The translations under genes were made by a program, and so were the position numbers. This document shows, piece after piece, positions 1-12,438 of a DNA stretch of 64,000 nucleotides. The notes below the pieces were generated by a model. The model saw only the letters and a program-made list of their open reading frames with translations. It had not been told where the DNA came from and did no database searches. This stretch comes from Octopus sinensis (lineage: Eukaryota), in contig NC_042999.1 of assembly GCF_006345805.1 (NCBI RefSeq), positions 42,346,001 to 42,410,000 on the forward strand, in the 5' to 3' direction. Each line of letters opens with the position of its first letter. The stretch's first letter is position 1.

Positions 1-200
1 TTATGTGTGGAGAACAGTTGAGTGAGAGAACAACAAAACTCCTTGTAACACTGAAAGATGAATTGAAGGCAAGGATTATGGCAGCATTCATCAACTTAAA
101 CAAGGAGACCGTCCAGAAAAGTTGCAGGGGATTCCGAAGTCGTCTGGAGGCCGTGGTTGAAACCAATGGCAATTATATTCAATAAATTTACTCTTGTATT
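1..200 (+). pseudogene. 3' remnant of a Tc1/mariner-superfamily (maT-like) transposase
   Basis: Frame 2 reads YVWRTVE*ENNKTPCNT, then frameshifts into KDELKARIMAAFINLNKETVQKSCRGFRSRLEAVVETNGNYIQ*. This is a typical Tc1/mariner C-terminus with one stop and one frameshift. It runs off the window edge. Confidence 0.75.
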
Positions 201-424
201 TCAAGATATTTTAATGTAATTTTGATAAATATATCTGTTTAAATGCGTTGTCATACATACATACATACATACAAGACTTCCGAGTGGGGTGGAATTTTGC
301 AAAGTAGAACAAGATTGCCTATGAACCCAATCTGGGAAAAGTCAGGTGTTCACAAGTGCCCTCTTTGGTTCTCCAGTCCTCAGGCCGATTAATTGGCTGA
401 ATTCCACTCTAATATATATCCTGC

Positions 425-810
425 ATGTGGAGGCGCAATGGCCCAGTGGTTAGGGCAGCAGACTCGCGGTCATAGGATCGCGGTTTCGATTTCCAGACCG
501 GGCGTTGTGAGTGTTTATTGAGCGAAAACACCTAAAGCTCCACGCGGCTCCGGCAGGGGATGGTGGTGATCCCTTGCTGTACTCTTTCACCCCAACTTTC
601 TCTCACTCTTACTTCCTGTTTCTGTTGTACCTGTATTTCAAAGGGCCTGCCTTGTCACTCTCTGTGTCACGCTGAATATCCCCGAGAACTACGTTAAGGG
701 TACACGTGTCTGTGGAGTGCTCAACCACTTACACGTTAATTTCACGAGCAGGCTGTTCCGTTGATTCGGATCAACCGGAACCCTCGTCGTCGTAACCGAC
801 GGAGTGCTTC
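425..810 (+). mobile_element. tRNA-headed SINE, family B
   Basis: Head with A-box (TGGCCCAGTGG) and B-box-like (GGTTTCGATTTCC) motifs, a conserved body and the tail GTCGTAACCGACGGAGTGCTTCCA. A near-identical inverted copy lies at 9538-9928 and a variant at 21697-21950. Confidence 0.85.
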
Positions 811-937
811 CATATCCTGCATACAGATTCTCTCCAACTTACGATTGTTTGGGTCACGATTTTTTGATGCCACCATACATTCCGATGCATGTTTTGTTGC
901 TTTCCTTTCGCCGCATCGTTTCGTGTCGTTCGTTTCA

Positions 938-939
<2 letters not shown>

Positions 940-984
<45 letters not shown>

Positions 985-1116
985 ATGCGTGTGAGTGTTT
1001 GTGTGTGTGTGTGCATGCGTGTGTGTGTTGTGTGTGCATGCGTGTGTGTGTTTGTGTGTGTGCATGCGTGTGTGTGTGTGTGTGTGTGCATGCGTGTGTG
1101 TGTTTGTGTGTGTGCA

Positions 1117-1148
<32 letters not shown>

Positions 1149-1246
1149 CATGCGTGTGTGTGTTTGTGTGTGTGTGTGTGTGCATGCGTGTGTGTGCTTG
1201 GGTGTGTGTGTGTGTGTGTGGTGTGTGCATGCGTGTGTGTGTTTGT

Positions 1247-1299
<53 letters not shown>

Positions 1300-1300
1300 T
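940..1300. repeat. Compound (GT)n microsatellite with periodic GCAT/GTTT interruptions
   Basis: Directly visible; explains the poly-CV and poly-HT ORFs at 742-1324. Confidence 0.98.
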
Positions 1301-1333
1301 GCACGCGCTAACTCTGAATATTAACTCTAAACA

Positions 1334-1830
1334 TGCCTAACAAGCGTACGAATGTCTCCTGTTGAGAATGAAAAAACAATAAAAAAAAAAGCAATTATTT
1401 GGGAACAATATTAAGAATAATAACCCAGCATGAAGGCGAAAAATCTCACTGCTAATACATGATTTCAATGTGTTCCACTCGACAATTTTTACCATCTTAA
1501 AGATTAAGCACCATATTAGTGAAGTGATGTAGTGAAAGTATCTGGGATCCATTAAATCTACAATCATCGCCAAAATGAAATTAAAAAAAGATTTAGGATA
1601 GGAGAAAATGGAAAGGTTATTGGTTACACGGATGGAGGACCAAATTCTAAAAAAAATGTAATACCGCTCAATCTTTTAACTAAAAATGCTAAAGCAGAGA
1701 GTTTGTCTTGAAGCAGTGGAAGAACGTATCAACGATGCCACTAACACACAAACTTTTGTAGTAAGTCATGGATGGTGTGAGCATTTCAAAAAGTGTCATA
1801 ATTCCTACAATGTAATGGCTGTATTGATGA
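1334..1830 (+). pseudogene. Tigger/pogo transposase N-terminal relic (HTH-psq and CENP-B HTH)
   Basis: Broken frames give MPNKRTNVS..., ILRIITQHEG, DFNVFHSTIFTILK, MERLLVTRMEDQI, AKAESL and FVVSHGWCEHFKKCHN, matching Tigger DNA-binding motifs (HSTISTILK; FxASxGWFxxFKKR). Confidence 0.75.
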
Positions 1831-1859
1831 ACTTTCAGCTACGTTTTAAGAAAGACTGC

Positions 1860-2098
1860 ATAATAATAATAATAATAATCTTTTCCAATAAAGGCACAAG
1901 GCCTGAAGCTTGCGGGGAGGACACTAGTCGATTACATCGACCCCCGAAAGGATGAAAGGCAAAATCGACCTCGGCGGAATTTGAACTCAGAACCGATTTA
2001 GCGACGGGCGGAAAATGCTAAGCATTTTGCCCGTTATGCTAACGATTCTGCCAGCTCGCTGCCTTAATAATAATAATAATATAATAATAATAATAATA

Positions 2099-2132
<34 letters not shown>

Positions 2133-2570
2133 CCTTTCTACTATAGGCATAAGGCGTGAAATTTGATTACTCGACCCCAGTGTTTCACTGGTACTCTATT
2201 TATCGACCCGGAAAGGATGAAAAGCAAAATCGATATCAGCAGAGTTTGAACTTAGAGCATGAAGACAGACGAAATGCTGCTAAACATTTCGTCCGGCGTG
2301 CTAACGATTCTACCTGCTCATCGCATTAATTATAATAATAATCCTTTCTGCTGGGGGACACAAGGCCTCAAATTAGGTGGGAAGAGGACTAGTCGATTAT
2401 ATAAACCTCAATGTTTCACTGGTACTTAATTTATCAACCCCTAAAGGATGAAAAGTAAAGTCGACCTCGGTGGAATTTGAACTCAGAACGTAGCGACGGG
2501 TAAAATACTGCTAAGCATTTCCTCCAGGATGTTAATGATTCTGTCAGTCTATGGCCTTAATAATATCAGT
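1860..2570 (-). mobile_element. Three tandem copies of SINE family C (Deu/Nin-like core) separated by (AAT)n
   Basis: Each carries the reverse complement of TTCAAATTCCGCCGAGGTCGACTTTGCCTTTCATCCTTTCGGGGTCGATAAA. Further copies at 5335-5450, 7597-8025, 28145-28640, 34100-34330 and 56660-56890. The Deu/Nin assignment is from recalled motif similarity. Confidence 0.8.
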
Positions 2571-2597
2571 AATCCTCTCTACTATAGGCACAATAAG

Positions 2598-2914
2598 GTT
2601 TGTTTAAGGGAGATGAACGAAACACGCATGTTTCTACAGGTGAATTATCCAAACCCCAAAAGTTCCTCTCAACACATGGCTATGATGCTACCCCACTACT
2701 TCTGCTCATGATCAGAAATGCACATATCGTCAACCCCCAAGAGACATGCTCAACTGGTTAAGATCAAACTACTGACAAACAAATCTGTGGTATTGAGCAG
2801 AATATTTGCTGCAGACCATCTTTTTTACTAAGACAAAAAAATGTACATGATAACACTTCCAATCAGTTAAGATAAGAAGTCATGAGAACCAGTGTCTGGT
2901 ACTGCATCAAGGCA

Positions 2915-2915
<1 letters not shown>
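2598..2915 (-). mobile_element. 5' part of ~540-bp non-coding interspersed element X, abutting (ATT)n
   Basis: Reverse complement of 57573-57870; other copies at 54783-54955 and 60122-60563. Confidence 0.8.
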
Positions 2916-2945
<30 letters not shown>

Positions 2946-3067
2946 TATTATTATTATTATTATTATTATCATTATTATTATTATTATTAATGATGATGAT
3001 GATGATGATGATGATGAGGATAATAATAACAACAACAACAGGATTGAGGTTACTCCTCCAGAAAGTA

Positions 3068-3263
3068 TAGAAGCAAAAAAAGAAGATTGCCATTGTTATT
3101 AAGTGAACGAGATTTCAACATCTCGTGTGTCTTCCACACATAATTATTACCAAAATGAAGTAGATTGACACGTTTATTTTTTTTTTTTAACCAGTGGAAG
3201 ACACACGAGATGCCGAAATATCGTTTACATGATAACAATGGCACTCTTCTCTTTTGGCTTCTA
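3068..3263. repeat. Fold-back (MITE-like) inverted repeat, ~70-bp arms
   Basis: Arm 3068-3137 (TAGAAGC...CATCTCGTGTGTCTTCCAC) is the reverse complement of 3194-3263 at roughly 80% identity by eye. Confidence 0.85.
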
Positions 3264-3375
3264 TTATTGTTGTTGCTGTTGTTGTTGTGTTATTATTATT
3301 ATTATTATATTATTATTATTATATTATTATTATTATTATTATTATCATCATCATCATCATCATTATTATTATTAT

Positions 3376-3735
3376 TCATATACACTACAGACAGATTAGA
3401 CTGTTGGAAAAGAAAATTCCTAACATTGGGCTACAACAAGTAATCTTAGATGCCAAGAACCCTCTTAAGTATCCTAGCTCTCCCTAATAACATTGTTTTA
3501 TGAAATTGTACTAAACTGCGTTTTATGCCTATTTCCTCTATCCATCTGTTCAAATCTTTAGGGATAATTCCTATTGCTCCTATAACTACTGGGATATATT
3601 TTACCCGCTCTTTCCATTGTTTCTGTAATTCAATAGCTAGGTCCTGGTACTTTGCTATTTTTTCTATACTTCTCTTATTGATTTTTTCCTCATTTGAGAC
3701 TGTAAACTCAATTATCTAGCACTTTCTATTCTCTT
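3376..3735 (-). mobile_element. 5'-truncated Dong/R4-clade LINE (end of restriction-like endonuclease, 3' UTR, (AAT)n tail)
   Basis: Minus strand reads IIEFTVSNEEKINKRSIEKIAKYQDLAIELQKQWKERVKYIPVVIGAIGIIPKDL...LLGRARILKRVLGI* (stop at 3446-3448), followed by an AAT tail. Confidence 0.8.
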
Positions 3736-4125
3736 TATTTTTATTGTTATTGTACATAATACTCCGAGATGTGCTAAAGACAAGTTGACTAGCTGAAACG
3801 TTTGATCGAAAGATTCGCATGACAAGGGCTCACTTGGGTCCTGAACAATGTACGTGCTCACATTACATTACTAAGCGTGCTATAACAGATGGTTAAAAAG
3901 TTCGCTTCACAAGCAGTCTGTCTCGTATTCGATTCCCTACTATATGATATTTCCGGAAAGTGTCTTTCCCCAAAACTTCGAGTTGCTTGCTCTGTGACTT
4001 ATGAGTGAAACTTAATGGGCGGAATTTGTGTGGAAGTTCTTTAGCTGAACCATATAATTCAAAGGGTCCGGCTTTCCCACATTGTATCATTGATTTTACC
4101 AGTCAATTTAAATTAAGGATTCGCA

Positions 4126-4535
4126 TAGGCGTAGGAGTGGCTGTGTGGTAAGTAGCTTGCTTACTGACCACATGGTTCAGGGTTCAGTCCCACTACGTGG
4201 CACCTTGGGCAAGTGTCTTCTACTATAGCCTCGGGCCGACCAAAGCTTTGTGAGTGGATTTGGCAGACGGAAACTGAAAGAAGCCCGTCGTATATATGCA
4301 TATATATGTATGTGTGTGTATGTGTTTGTGTGTCTGTGTTTGTCCTCCAAACATCGCTTGACAACCGATGCTGGTGTGTTCATGTCCCCGTAACTTACCG
4401 GTTCGGCAAAAGAGACCGATAGAATCAGTACTAGCCTTACAAAGAATAAGTCCTGGGGTCGATTTGCTCGACTAAAGTGGTGCTCCAGCATGGCCATAGT
4501 CAAATGACTGAAACAAGTAAAAGAGTAAAGGGTAA
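4126..4535 (+). mobile_element. SINE family A (tRNA head, CORE-like segment, internal TA/GT microsatellite, CR1-derived tail); representative of about 20 copies
   Basis: GGAGTGGCTGTGTGGTAAGTAGC...GGTTCAGTCCC head, CCTTGGGCAAGTGTCTTC body, TA/GT tract, tail GTGCTCCAGCATGGCC..AGTCAAATGACTGAAACAAGTAAAAGA. Other copies include 17680-17975, 19813-20205, 22585-23005, 23035-23425(-), 27045-27440, 31740-32120(-), 35950-36360, 46460-46830, 47975-48370(-), 52943-53330 and 61070-61462(-). Confidence 0.9.
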
Positions 4536-4864
4536 AGAGTATATCTGTGCAATGCTCAGTCATTCGGCATTTAAAAAATTTATGAGTAAGTAGCCCGAAC
4601 TAGAATAACGAAACTGACGGAAATTAGTTGTTTTAGGGTTACTTTTTAAATGTGCATCAATGATATATATGAGATTGTTGAGGTTTGAACATGTATACGT
4701 GCACGAAACACGGAGACAAGCACCAATGTAAGGTCTGTGTGTGCAATAGCGTACATACGCGCGCGTCTGTTTGTACGTGTGTATGTGACAGCGTGTACGG
4801 ATGCGTACATGAGTGTATATGTGCGTGAGTGTGTAAGTGTGCGATAAAGTATGCATATATATAT

Positions 4865-5310
4865 ATTAGCTGATGAACCCGGTAATCCAAATAAATAAGC
4901 TCGAAACTTCTTTAATGCGTTCCCAGAGTATATAGAACTTAGGGGGAAATACTAATAAGGTATGTATACTAAAATCGTGAAGTATGTTACGTAATAACAG
5001 GCTAATCAGATATGAGATAATAACAATTCAAAGTAAATAACTCTGAAAAGGGCTTTTGTGCATTCCCAGAGAATATTACCCTCAAGGGCGCTAGTGTTGG
5101 TATATTCGTGAGTAAGTCACTAACCGAAATAAGTGGATCTATTGTTTTGGAAAATCTATTCACTTGTTTAAGGGTTGTACTGGATACGTTGCGAAAATAA
5201 CTAACAGTTCTAATACTAAGAAATAAGCATACTCAATTTCATTTTTACCAAATAATTTAGGAAAATGAATGGCTTATTTCCCTTCGCTATATATAAGAAT
5301 CCCTTCCAGG
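4865..5310 (+). repeat. Unclassified interspersed repeat (possibly Helitron-derived)
   Basis: An inverted second copy lies at about 49990-50405 (shared TTACGTAATAACAGGCTAATCAGATATGAGATAATAACAATTCAAAGTAAATAACTCTGAAAAGGGCTTTTGTGC). The class is a guess. Confidence 0.7.
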
Positions 5311-5459
5311 GGTCCTATCATCGATTTTTTTTTTCAAGGATGAAAGGCAAAGTCGACCTCGGCGGAATCTGAACTCAAAACGGAACAGCAGACGAAATAC
5401 CGCTCAGCATTTCGTCCGGCGTTCTAACGATTCTACCAGCTCGCCGTCTTAATGCACAA

Positions 5460-5880
5460 GGAATATTGGGTACGCTACAAGACAGGACAATTCAATGTAG
5501 AGTTACATAAAGAATCGTGTCAAAAGTGAAAAGAAAAAAACAAGAACAAAAATTCCCCAAAAGAGAGACTTCCTGTGGCTACTCGTGGAAACCCCACAAT
5601 ATCATGTTCGCCTTAACCACTAGGGCAAGTGCCCTCACAACATTGACTTCCTTCAGTCTACAAGCGCACGCTTAGAGTAGACCCGTTCACTTGGACCATT
5701 CTTGCCACGTTTACCCACCTTTCAATAAAATTTCTGGGTGGCAGCTCCTTCCTTTTCAAGCGAAATTTGCAAAATTTGATGAGGAATAAGCTAAAGAGGA
5801 AAGTATCTGTCTTCAGCCCTTTCAGTTTCGTCCACGATACATCTTTCGCTAAGGCACAGGACAAATAAACACAACCTGCC
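5460..5880 (-). mobile_element. L1/Tx1-like LINE 3' remnant
   Basis: ORF 5658-5864 (AKDVSWTKLKGLKTDTFL...FCKFRLKRK...FIERWVNVARMVQVNG) resembles ORF2 C-termini of Tx1-like elements and is followed by a T-rich UTR. Confidence 0.5.
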
Positions 5881-6664
5881 CTTCCCGATCAAAGTGTTCG
5901 ACGTAAACCCACAAATCAGCAACGCTTTAATTCTTAAGGGAAACGGGACTGCGTATAAACTGAAGCCGCTTCTTGTTTAATGCTGTGAAGACCAACGTAC
6001 ATGCAAGAATATTAGCAAACCTGTGCTGCTTGATACTTCTTATCACAATAAAACAGCAAGAATGAGAAACAGGCTTTGAAACTTCGTTCCTGAATATTTT
6101 TCTTCATCAGGTAAGCAAATATTGTAAAACAAAAAAAAAGGAGAAAATTACATTAAACAATTTATCAATTTCGCATGAATGCTCTAATGCTCTTATTAAC
6201 CATTAAGCAAAATAAATACGTGCTTAGGGCCAATGGAAACATGTTTCTAACATGTTGCTAACATCAGCACTGGATTAACAATATGTAGAAAGGAGCATGG
6301 GCTTAGGGCTCGAGGGAAGGAGGAGCACTACAGAAATGGTAAGTGGTTTACAGCACAAATGAAATCATTTTAAACTAGCAGAAATAATATCCGAAGTTGT
6401 TCATATAGTCAGAAATATGATTTCGAAATGATCATGGTGTCAGCGTGAGAATTTGAATTACATATATACGAGGGCCACCAAAGTCTTTTAATCGCTTAGG
6501 CCTTTATGGGCTTTAATCCGGCCCTGCTCTGGTATTATTCATTATAGGAGGCACCAAAATCTTTTAAGTGCTTAGGGCCTCTATGAGTCTAAATCCGGCC
6601 TTTCTTTTATATAATTCATAACATCTCAGCAATTTTAATCCTTATACAAAAAAATTAAATTATT

Positions 6665-7260
6665 GTATTCCCAAATACGACGCCACAAGTCCGGCCGAAG
6701 GATCAGGGGTTATATACATTCTCAAAGCAAATTATTAGTAAATTATTGCCGAATTGATTTACTGATACAACAATCCATGGCACTTTACTCTGTGGGTTTG
6801 GAAACCATACGATAATTTGAGTGCAATTAGGCACATTAGTAAAGCCTTGGAAGAAGTCACAAAAGAATGCATTTAACGATAACCGAGAACAAATATGTGA
6901 ACACCTTCATAGGTATTCATACTGATAAAATTGTAAGTGGCATTCGTGGGAAAACTGGAGTGTTTGTAAAACGGGTTGGACCTTGAAGTGGTCGAAGATG
7001 ACGTTGAACAGTTTATAGCGGACAAAAGCGAAGATTTGACGATCGACGAGTTGATAGAGTAGGAAAAGGAAAACAATAAGAAGAGAGGAGGCTGATGATG
7101 AAGTATTAAATGCATCATTGAAATTTACAACCAAACGGCTGGCAGAGGGATTTGCAGCACTTGATAAAGCAATACAAATATTCCGAGTAATGGATTTTAA
7201 TGATAAGCGATTTTGACGGCTTAAGAATGCTGTCTTGCTATAAAAGAAATATATTATGGT
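6665..7260 (+). pseudogene. Tigger/pogo transposase C-terminal (DDE_1) relic
   Basis: PNTTPQVRPKDQG matches PNTTSxxQPMDQG; then KPYDNLSAIRHISKALEEVTKEC and DDVEQFIADKSEDLTIDELIE, with stops and frameshifts. Confidence 0.8.
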
Positions 7261-7318
7261 ATTATGGAAAGAAGAAGCATTCTATTCATTCTTTGATCTG
7301 TGTGTGTGTGTGTGTGTG

Positions 7319-7351
<33 letters not shown>

Positions 7352-8347
7352 TTTGTGTGTTTAAAGACCTCGCCTTTTCGTCCTCTCCTAAGGTCTTTAA
7401 TGCACGTTACAAAGACTGTGTCTTTAACAAGTTTTGCTATCTCACATGCCCCTGATGACTCTTATTGCCCTATTCCTCTAATCAACTCTTCGTTTTCTTC
7501 CTCCGGCTATAGTAGCCCTACATCTCCATCACCTTCAATCAAATATTAGATAAATTACATATTTTATTATTTTATTTTCAATATTTCTGTATATGTAAGG
7601 CGGTGAGCTAGCAGAGCCGTTAGTACGCCGGGCAAAATGTTTAACGGCATCTCATCTGTTTTCACAATTTGAGTTCATATTCCACCGAGGTCGACTTTAC
7701 TATTTACCTTTCGGAGTCAATAAAATAAATACCAGCTGAATAATGGGCTCGATGTCATCGACTTACTCCCTCCCTTCGAATTTGCTAACCTTGATCCAAA
7801 ATTTGAAATCAATATTTCTCTACATGAAGGCAATAGGCTGGCAGAATTCTTAGAACGACCGGTGAAATGCTTAACGGCATTTCATTCGTCTGTATGTTCC
7901 CGAATTCAAATTTCGACGGAGCTGGGTTTTGCTTTTCATCCTTTTGGGAACGATACTAGTTGAGTACCCTAGTAATCGACTTAACCCACCCTAAAATTTC
8001 TGGCCCTGTACCAGAATTTGAAACCAATATTTCTGTATATGTATATAAAGCTTTATTTCTACTGATTGAGACCCCCCTTCGGCCATGACTGACCGTGGGA
8101 TTGCACCTAGAAAGTTACCCTCCCAGGCAGAAGTCCGGGCAAGGTTGTTTATGGAAGACCATCAGTCGCCCATGCATACCGGCCTCCCCTCTCCACGCCA
8201 CCAGTGTTATCCAAGGGAAAGGCAACGGCCGATACAGCTTGGCACATTTCTACATTACACAAAATATAATTTATTTCTATATTACACAAAATATTAAATT
8301 TCCAGGTCAGATTATTTAGTCAATCACACAGGAGATGTACTCAAATA

Positions 8348-9026
8348 TATGAGGGAAAGCCAAAAATTATCTGCACTTTCGCCATGACATATCTTTATTG
8401 TCACACTGCCTTCTGCGCATGCGTGCTTATAGTTGATAATATTGTAGTCACGTAATCGAAGTTTGAGTCTGACCGAACCATTTTTCTTTTTGGTTTTACA
8501 GTGTAAGCATGGTCGCTCCACAGGCAAAATGCACCAAGGTAAAACAAAGATCGGTGATCCGATTTCTTTGGGCGGTAGGTGTGTCAGGTGCTGAAATTCA
8601 TCAGGCTTTTAGCACAATTGGTTAATGGTTTCAACGGTCTGGGCGGCCGTATGTGGGCGTGCATTGTCATGCAGCAACAAAACTTTCTTCGACCGCAGGC
8701 CTCAGCGTTTGGTGCGAATTGCTGGCTTCAGTTTGTTGACCAGCAAAGCACTGTATCTTGCATTGTTGATTGTACACCCGTTTTCCAGCACCTGACACCT
8801 TCCGACCAGAGAAATTGTATCACTACGCTTTGTTCTTCTTTGGTGCACATTGCTAGTGGAGCGGCTATGCTTGCACCGTAAAACCGGAAAGAAAAATGAC
8901 GCAATCTGGCTCAAACTACGATCACGTGACGACAATAATACCAACTATAAGCACGCATGTGCAGAAGGTAGTGTGACAATAATAAAGATATGTTATGGCA
9001 AAGTGCGGATAATTTTTGACTTCCCC

Positions 9027-9030
<4 letters not shown>
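8348..9030. mobile_element. Non-autonomous mariner derivative with two 5' ends (fold-back)
   Basis: TIRs TATGAGGGAAAGCCAAAAATTATCTGCAC and TATAGGGGAAGTCAAAAATTATCCGCAC (rc), TA flanks. Both arms encode the transposase N-terminus (MVAPQAKCTKVKQRSVIRFLW.. on +; AAPLAMCTKEEQSVVIQFLWSEG on -). The centre holds KLKPAIRTKR*GLRSKKVLLLHDNARPHTAAQT on -. Confidence 0.85.
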
Positions 9031-9062
<32 letters not shown>

Positions 9063-9537
9063 ATATATAATATGTATGTGTGTATATACATATACAAATA
9101 TAATGCATGTATATATATAGTATGTATATACATGAGAGTGTGTGTGTATGTGTATGTGTGTGTGTGTGTGTACAACACTAACGATTCACCTTTATCAGAT
9201 ATAAAACTATTACTTCATACTTTTACTATTCCCATAAGAGGACACAGTAATTACTTCCATTAATTTTTGTGCTATCGCTTCAAGTAATACATTAACCTTG
9301 TCGGCTTTGTCTCGAAAACGAATGAACTGATGTTGGGAGAGGAAAAACAACAAAAAAAAAGATGTGTACGTATCTCTAAAGATAAAAATTCACTGTAAGC
9401 GGTACCCACATTCACCTATTTCATTAAATTTCGTGCACAAATTAGTCATTCATAACAACTATCCCTGATGTAAGAAAGGAATGACTACTGAAAAGTGTAC
9501 TAAATGGTGCTATTTTTACATTTAATATGTGGAATGA

Positions 9538-10605
9538 ATGGAAGCACTCCGTCGGTTACGACGATGAGGGTTCCGGTTGATCCGAATCAACGGAACAGCC
9601 TGCTCGTGAAATTAACGCGTAAGTGGCTGAGCACTCCACAGACACGTGTACCCTTAACGTAGTTCTCGGGGATATTCAGTGTGACACAGAGAGTGACAAG
9701 GCCGGCTCTTTGAAATACAGGTACAACAGAAACAGGAAGTAAGAGTGAGAGAAAGTTGTGGTGAAAGAGTACAGCAGGGATCACCACCATCCCCTGCCGG
9801 AGCCTCGTGGAGCTTTTTAGGTGTTTTCGCTCAATAAACACTCACAACGCCCGACCTGGGAATCGAAACCGCGATCCTACGACCGCGAGTCCGCTGCCCT
9901 AACCACTGGGCTATTGCGCCTCCACATTTAATATGCAAATAACTGTGAAGACGCGTGGCTTGGTGGTTAGGATTTTTCGGCACGCGATCGCAAGGTCGTG
10001 TGTTCAATTCCCGGCGACACGTTGTGTCCTTGAGCAAGACACTTTATTTCATATTGCTCCAGTTCAATCAGTTGGCCAAAATAAGTTGTACCTATAATTC
10101 AAAGGGCCAGCCTTGTCACATCCTGTGTCACGATGAATCTCCTTGAGAACTACGTAAAGGGTACGCGTGTCTCTGGCATGCTCAGTGACTTGCACGTTAG
10201 TTTCAGGAGCAGGCTGTTCCGTTGATCGAATCAGCTGGAACACTCGCCGTCATAACGGACATAATGCTATGTATATAACTGGCTCTCCGTCGCTTACGAC
10301 AACGAGGGTTCCAGTTGATGCGATCACCGGAACAGCCTCCTTATGAAATTAACGGGCAAGTGGCTGAGCACTCCACAGACGCGCGTAACCTTAACGTAGT
10401 TCTCTGAGAGATTCAGCGTGACACTGATTGTGGCACGGCTGGCCCTTTCTTCCATAGGTATTACTTATTTTTGCCAGGTAAATGAGACTGGAACAACGTG
10501 AAATAAAGTATCTTGCCCAAAGACACAATACCCCACCAGGAATCGAACTCCCGTTCTTACAAGTGAGAGCCGAATACCCTGACCACTGAGTCGCGTGCTT
10601 TCACC
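9538..10605. mobile_element. Cluster of three family B and B-related SINEs (-, +, -)
   Basis: 9538-9928(-), 9945-10262(+) and 10283-10605(-) share the CAAAGGGCC...GAGAACTACG..AAGGGTAC.CGTGTC body and tRNA-like heads. Confidence 0.85.
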
Positions 10606-11894
10606 TACTTAATATGCAGTGATGCTCAAACTGACAAATACCAGACCAAACATCACCAAAATATTAAGGAAATTTTTTTGTTCTCAGCCATTGCACTTTT
10701 CATTAACGAGAAGACAGTGTGTGTGTGTGTGTGTGTGTGTGTGGTGTGGTGTGTGTGTGTGTGTGTGTGTGTGAAGTTACTCTCGGTACTGCTGTTAATA
10801 CGTAAGCCAATACACTGTATCGTTCGACCGAGCGGTCGGCTATGAAACTGGCAAGCTTGCGCGTTAAGACGGGTTATGTTCACTGAACACCATACAAAAT
10901 GCAAAACAAAACCCGTCAAAGTAATAGCTAAATTCAGTAGAATCAACGGCCATCCAGTAGCTGGAAGTGAAAGATTCTTTGTCTTTGTTTAAACCAGGAG
11001 TCTTCCGGGAGAAGGAAAACTGTGAGATAACACCTGCGACTTCGTTAGCATTCAGTGATGCAGACTAGATCTTCTATACGTTGCTTAGAGAGTGGAATCG
11101 TCTCTGTGCAAGGCCGTTTGTAGCTGTTATCGTTTACAGACCAACACCGGTTGTCAAGCAGTGGACACACAAACACACACATACGCGCACACATATTTTT
11201 AGGAAGTTAAAAGTTGATTAGCGTGATGCTAATCTTCAGTCATTTTGAATTTGAATGAAAGAAGTTGATTGTTATCACGGTAAGGTGGGCTGCGGTTGGT
11301 CGAGGGTCATGCGGTGTCGTGGTTTGATGTTGGTATATCGGTGACAACAGTTAGTTGGAAAATACTGCATGGTGAACAAGAAATCGACCATGTGGTGGAC
11401 AGGAAATCGGTCGGGTTGTTGGTGGGTAAGTAGGAAGAGGTGGTATGTGCAAGTATATAGTTGTACACGTGGGTGTGTGGACGCCCTCATATGGATGGTA
11501 ATACACGTGATCACAAAAGCACAAATTTCACAACTTACGAAGTAAACACAGTGATGTCACTCGGGAAACTGCCTCATAAAGGTCACTGCTAGCTCTCACT
11601 GTGCATGCAGCCGTGTGCTGCCATTTGTTGGCACGCTACAGAATTAGTATGGGAACGTTTTGATACCACATTGCATGAGCTGTGTATAACATGTGATACA
11701 CAGCTCATGCACAAGGTTAAGGACGTATTTTCACAAGAGATCATTGATGATAGTAAGGCCATAAATAGTAAAGAATGGAGAGGGCTATTGGTATTTGCTG
11801 CTCAAATGATTTCTTCCGCCATTTACTATTCTTCGTTCAATAATTTGTGAATTAGGGTAAGTTTGTGTGCCGTTAGAAAGGAGAGGACAATGCA

Positions 11895-12438
11895 TTGGGT
11901 TGTTCGGAAAGTTCGTGCCGATTTATAGTAGCTAACCTTTCGACTTATTTTAGAACATGTTTGAGTCCATAAAATAGGATTTGACTACACCTCCATTTAG
12001 AGCACAAGAAGGTTTATGTTCCTATAACCTGTGTTAATTCCGTAATCCTTTAAAATGCAAGATAAGAAAGTTCATTTTCGGCACTTGATGCTTTGGGAAC
12101 CAGACAAAAATTGCTGCAACTCGGCTGGGATGTGTTACCCCACCCTCCATATTCACCAGATATTGCTCCTTCGGATTTCCACTGATTCAGGTCTCTGCAG
12201 AATAGTCTTAATGGTAAAAATTTCAATTCCTTGGATGACGTAAAAAGATACCTTGAGGAATTCTTTGCCATGAAACCACCTCAATTCTGGGAAGAGGGTA
12301 TTTTCAAGTTAAAGGAAAGATGGAGACGCATTGTGCAACTAAATAGTTCATATTTGGTTGATTAAAAATGTAATGGCAAGTATTTATTAGCCTTTTTCTT
12401 TCCTTTAAAAATCGGCACGAACTTTCTTGACAACCCAA
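11895..12438 (+). mobile_element. Internally deleted mariner element (544 bp)
   Basis: 30-bp TIRs TTGGGTTGT(TCG/CAA)GAAAGTTCGTGCCGATTT and a 3' TA. MQDKKVHFRHLMLWE is fused directly to QKLLQLGWDVLPHPPYSPDIAPSDFH*FRSLQNSL...LVD*. Confidence 0.9.

Noticed and set aside
742-1324. Long ORFs of 60-177 aa (poly-HT, poly-CV), and similar YI/IY ORFs at 44835-45428 and 51416-51916
   Set aside because: They are translations of dinucleotide microsatellites, which lack stop codons.
3770-3810. CTAAAGA...GAAACGTT as another hammerhead
   Set aside because: The core is mutated, stem II is weak and stem I is unconvincing; at best a decayed relic.
4870-4907. CTGATGA...CGAAAC as a hammerhead
   Set aside because: The intervening sequence cannot form stem II and no stem I partner is evident.
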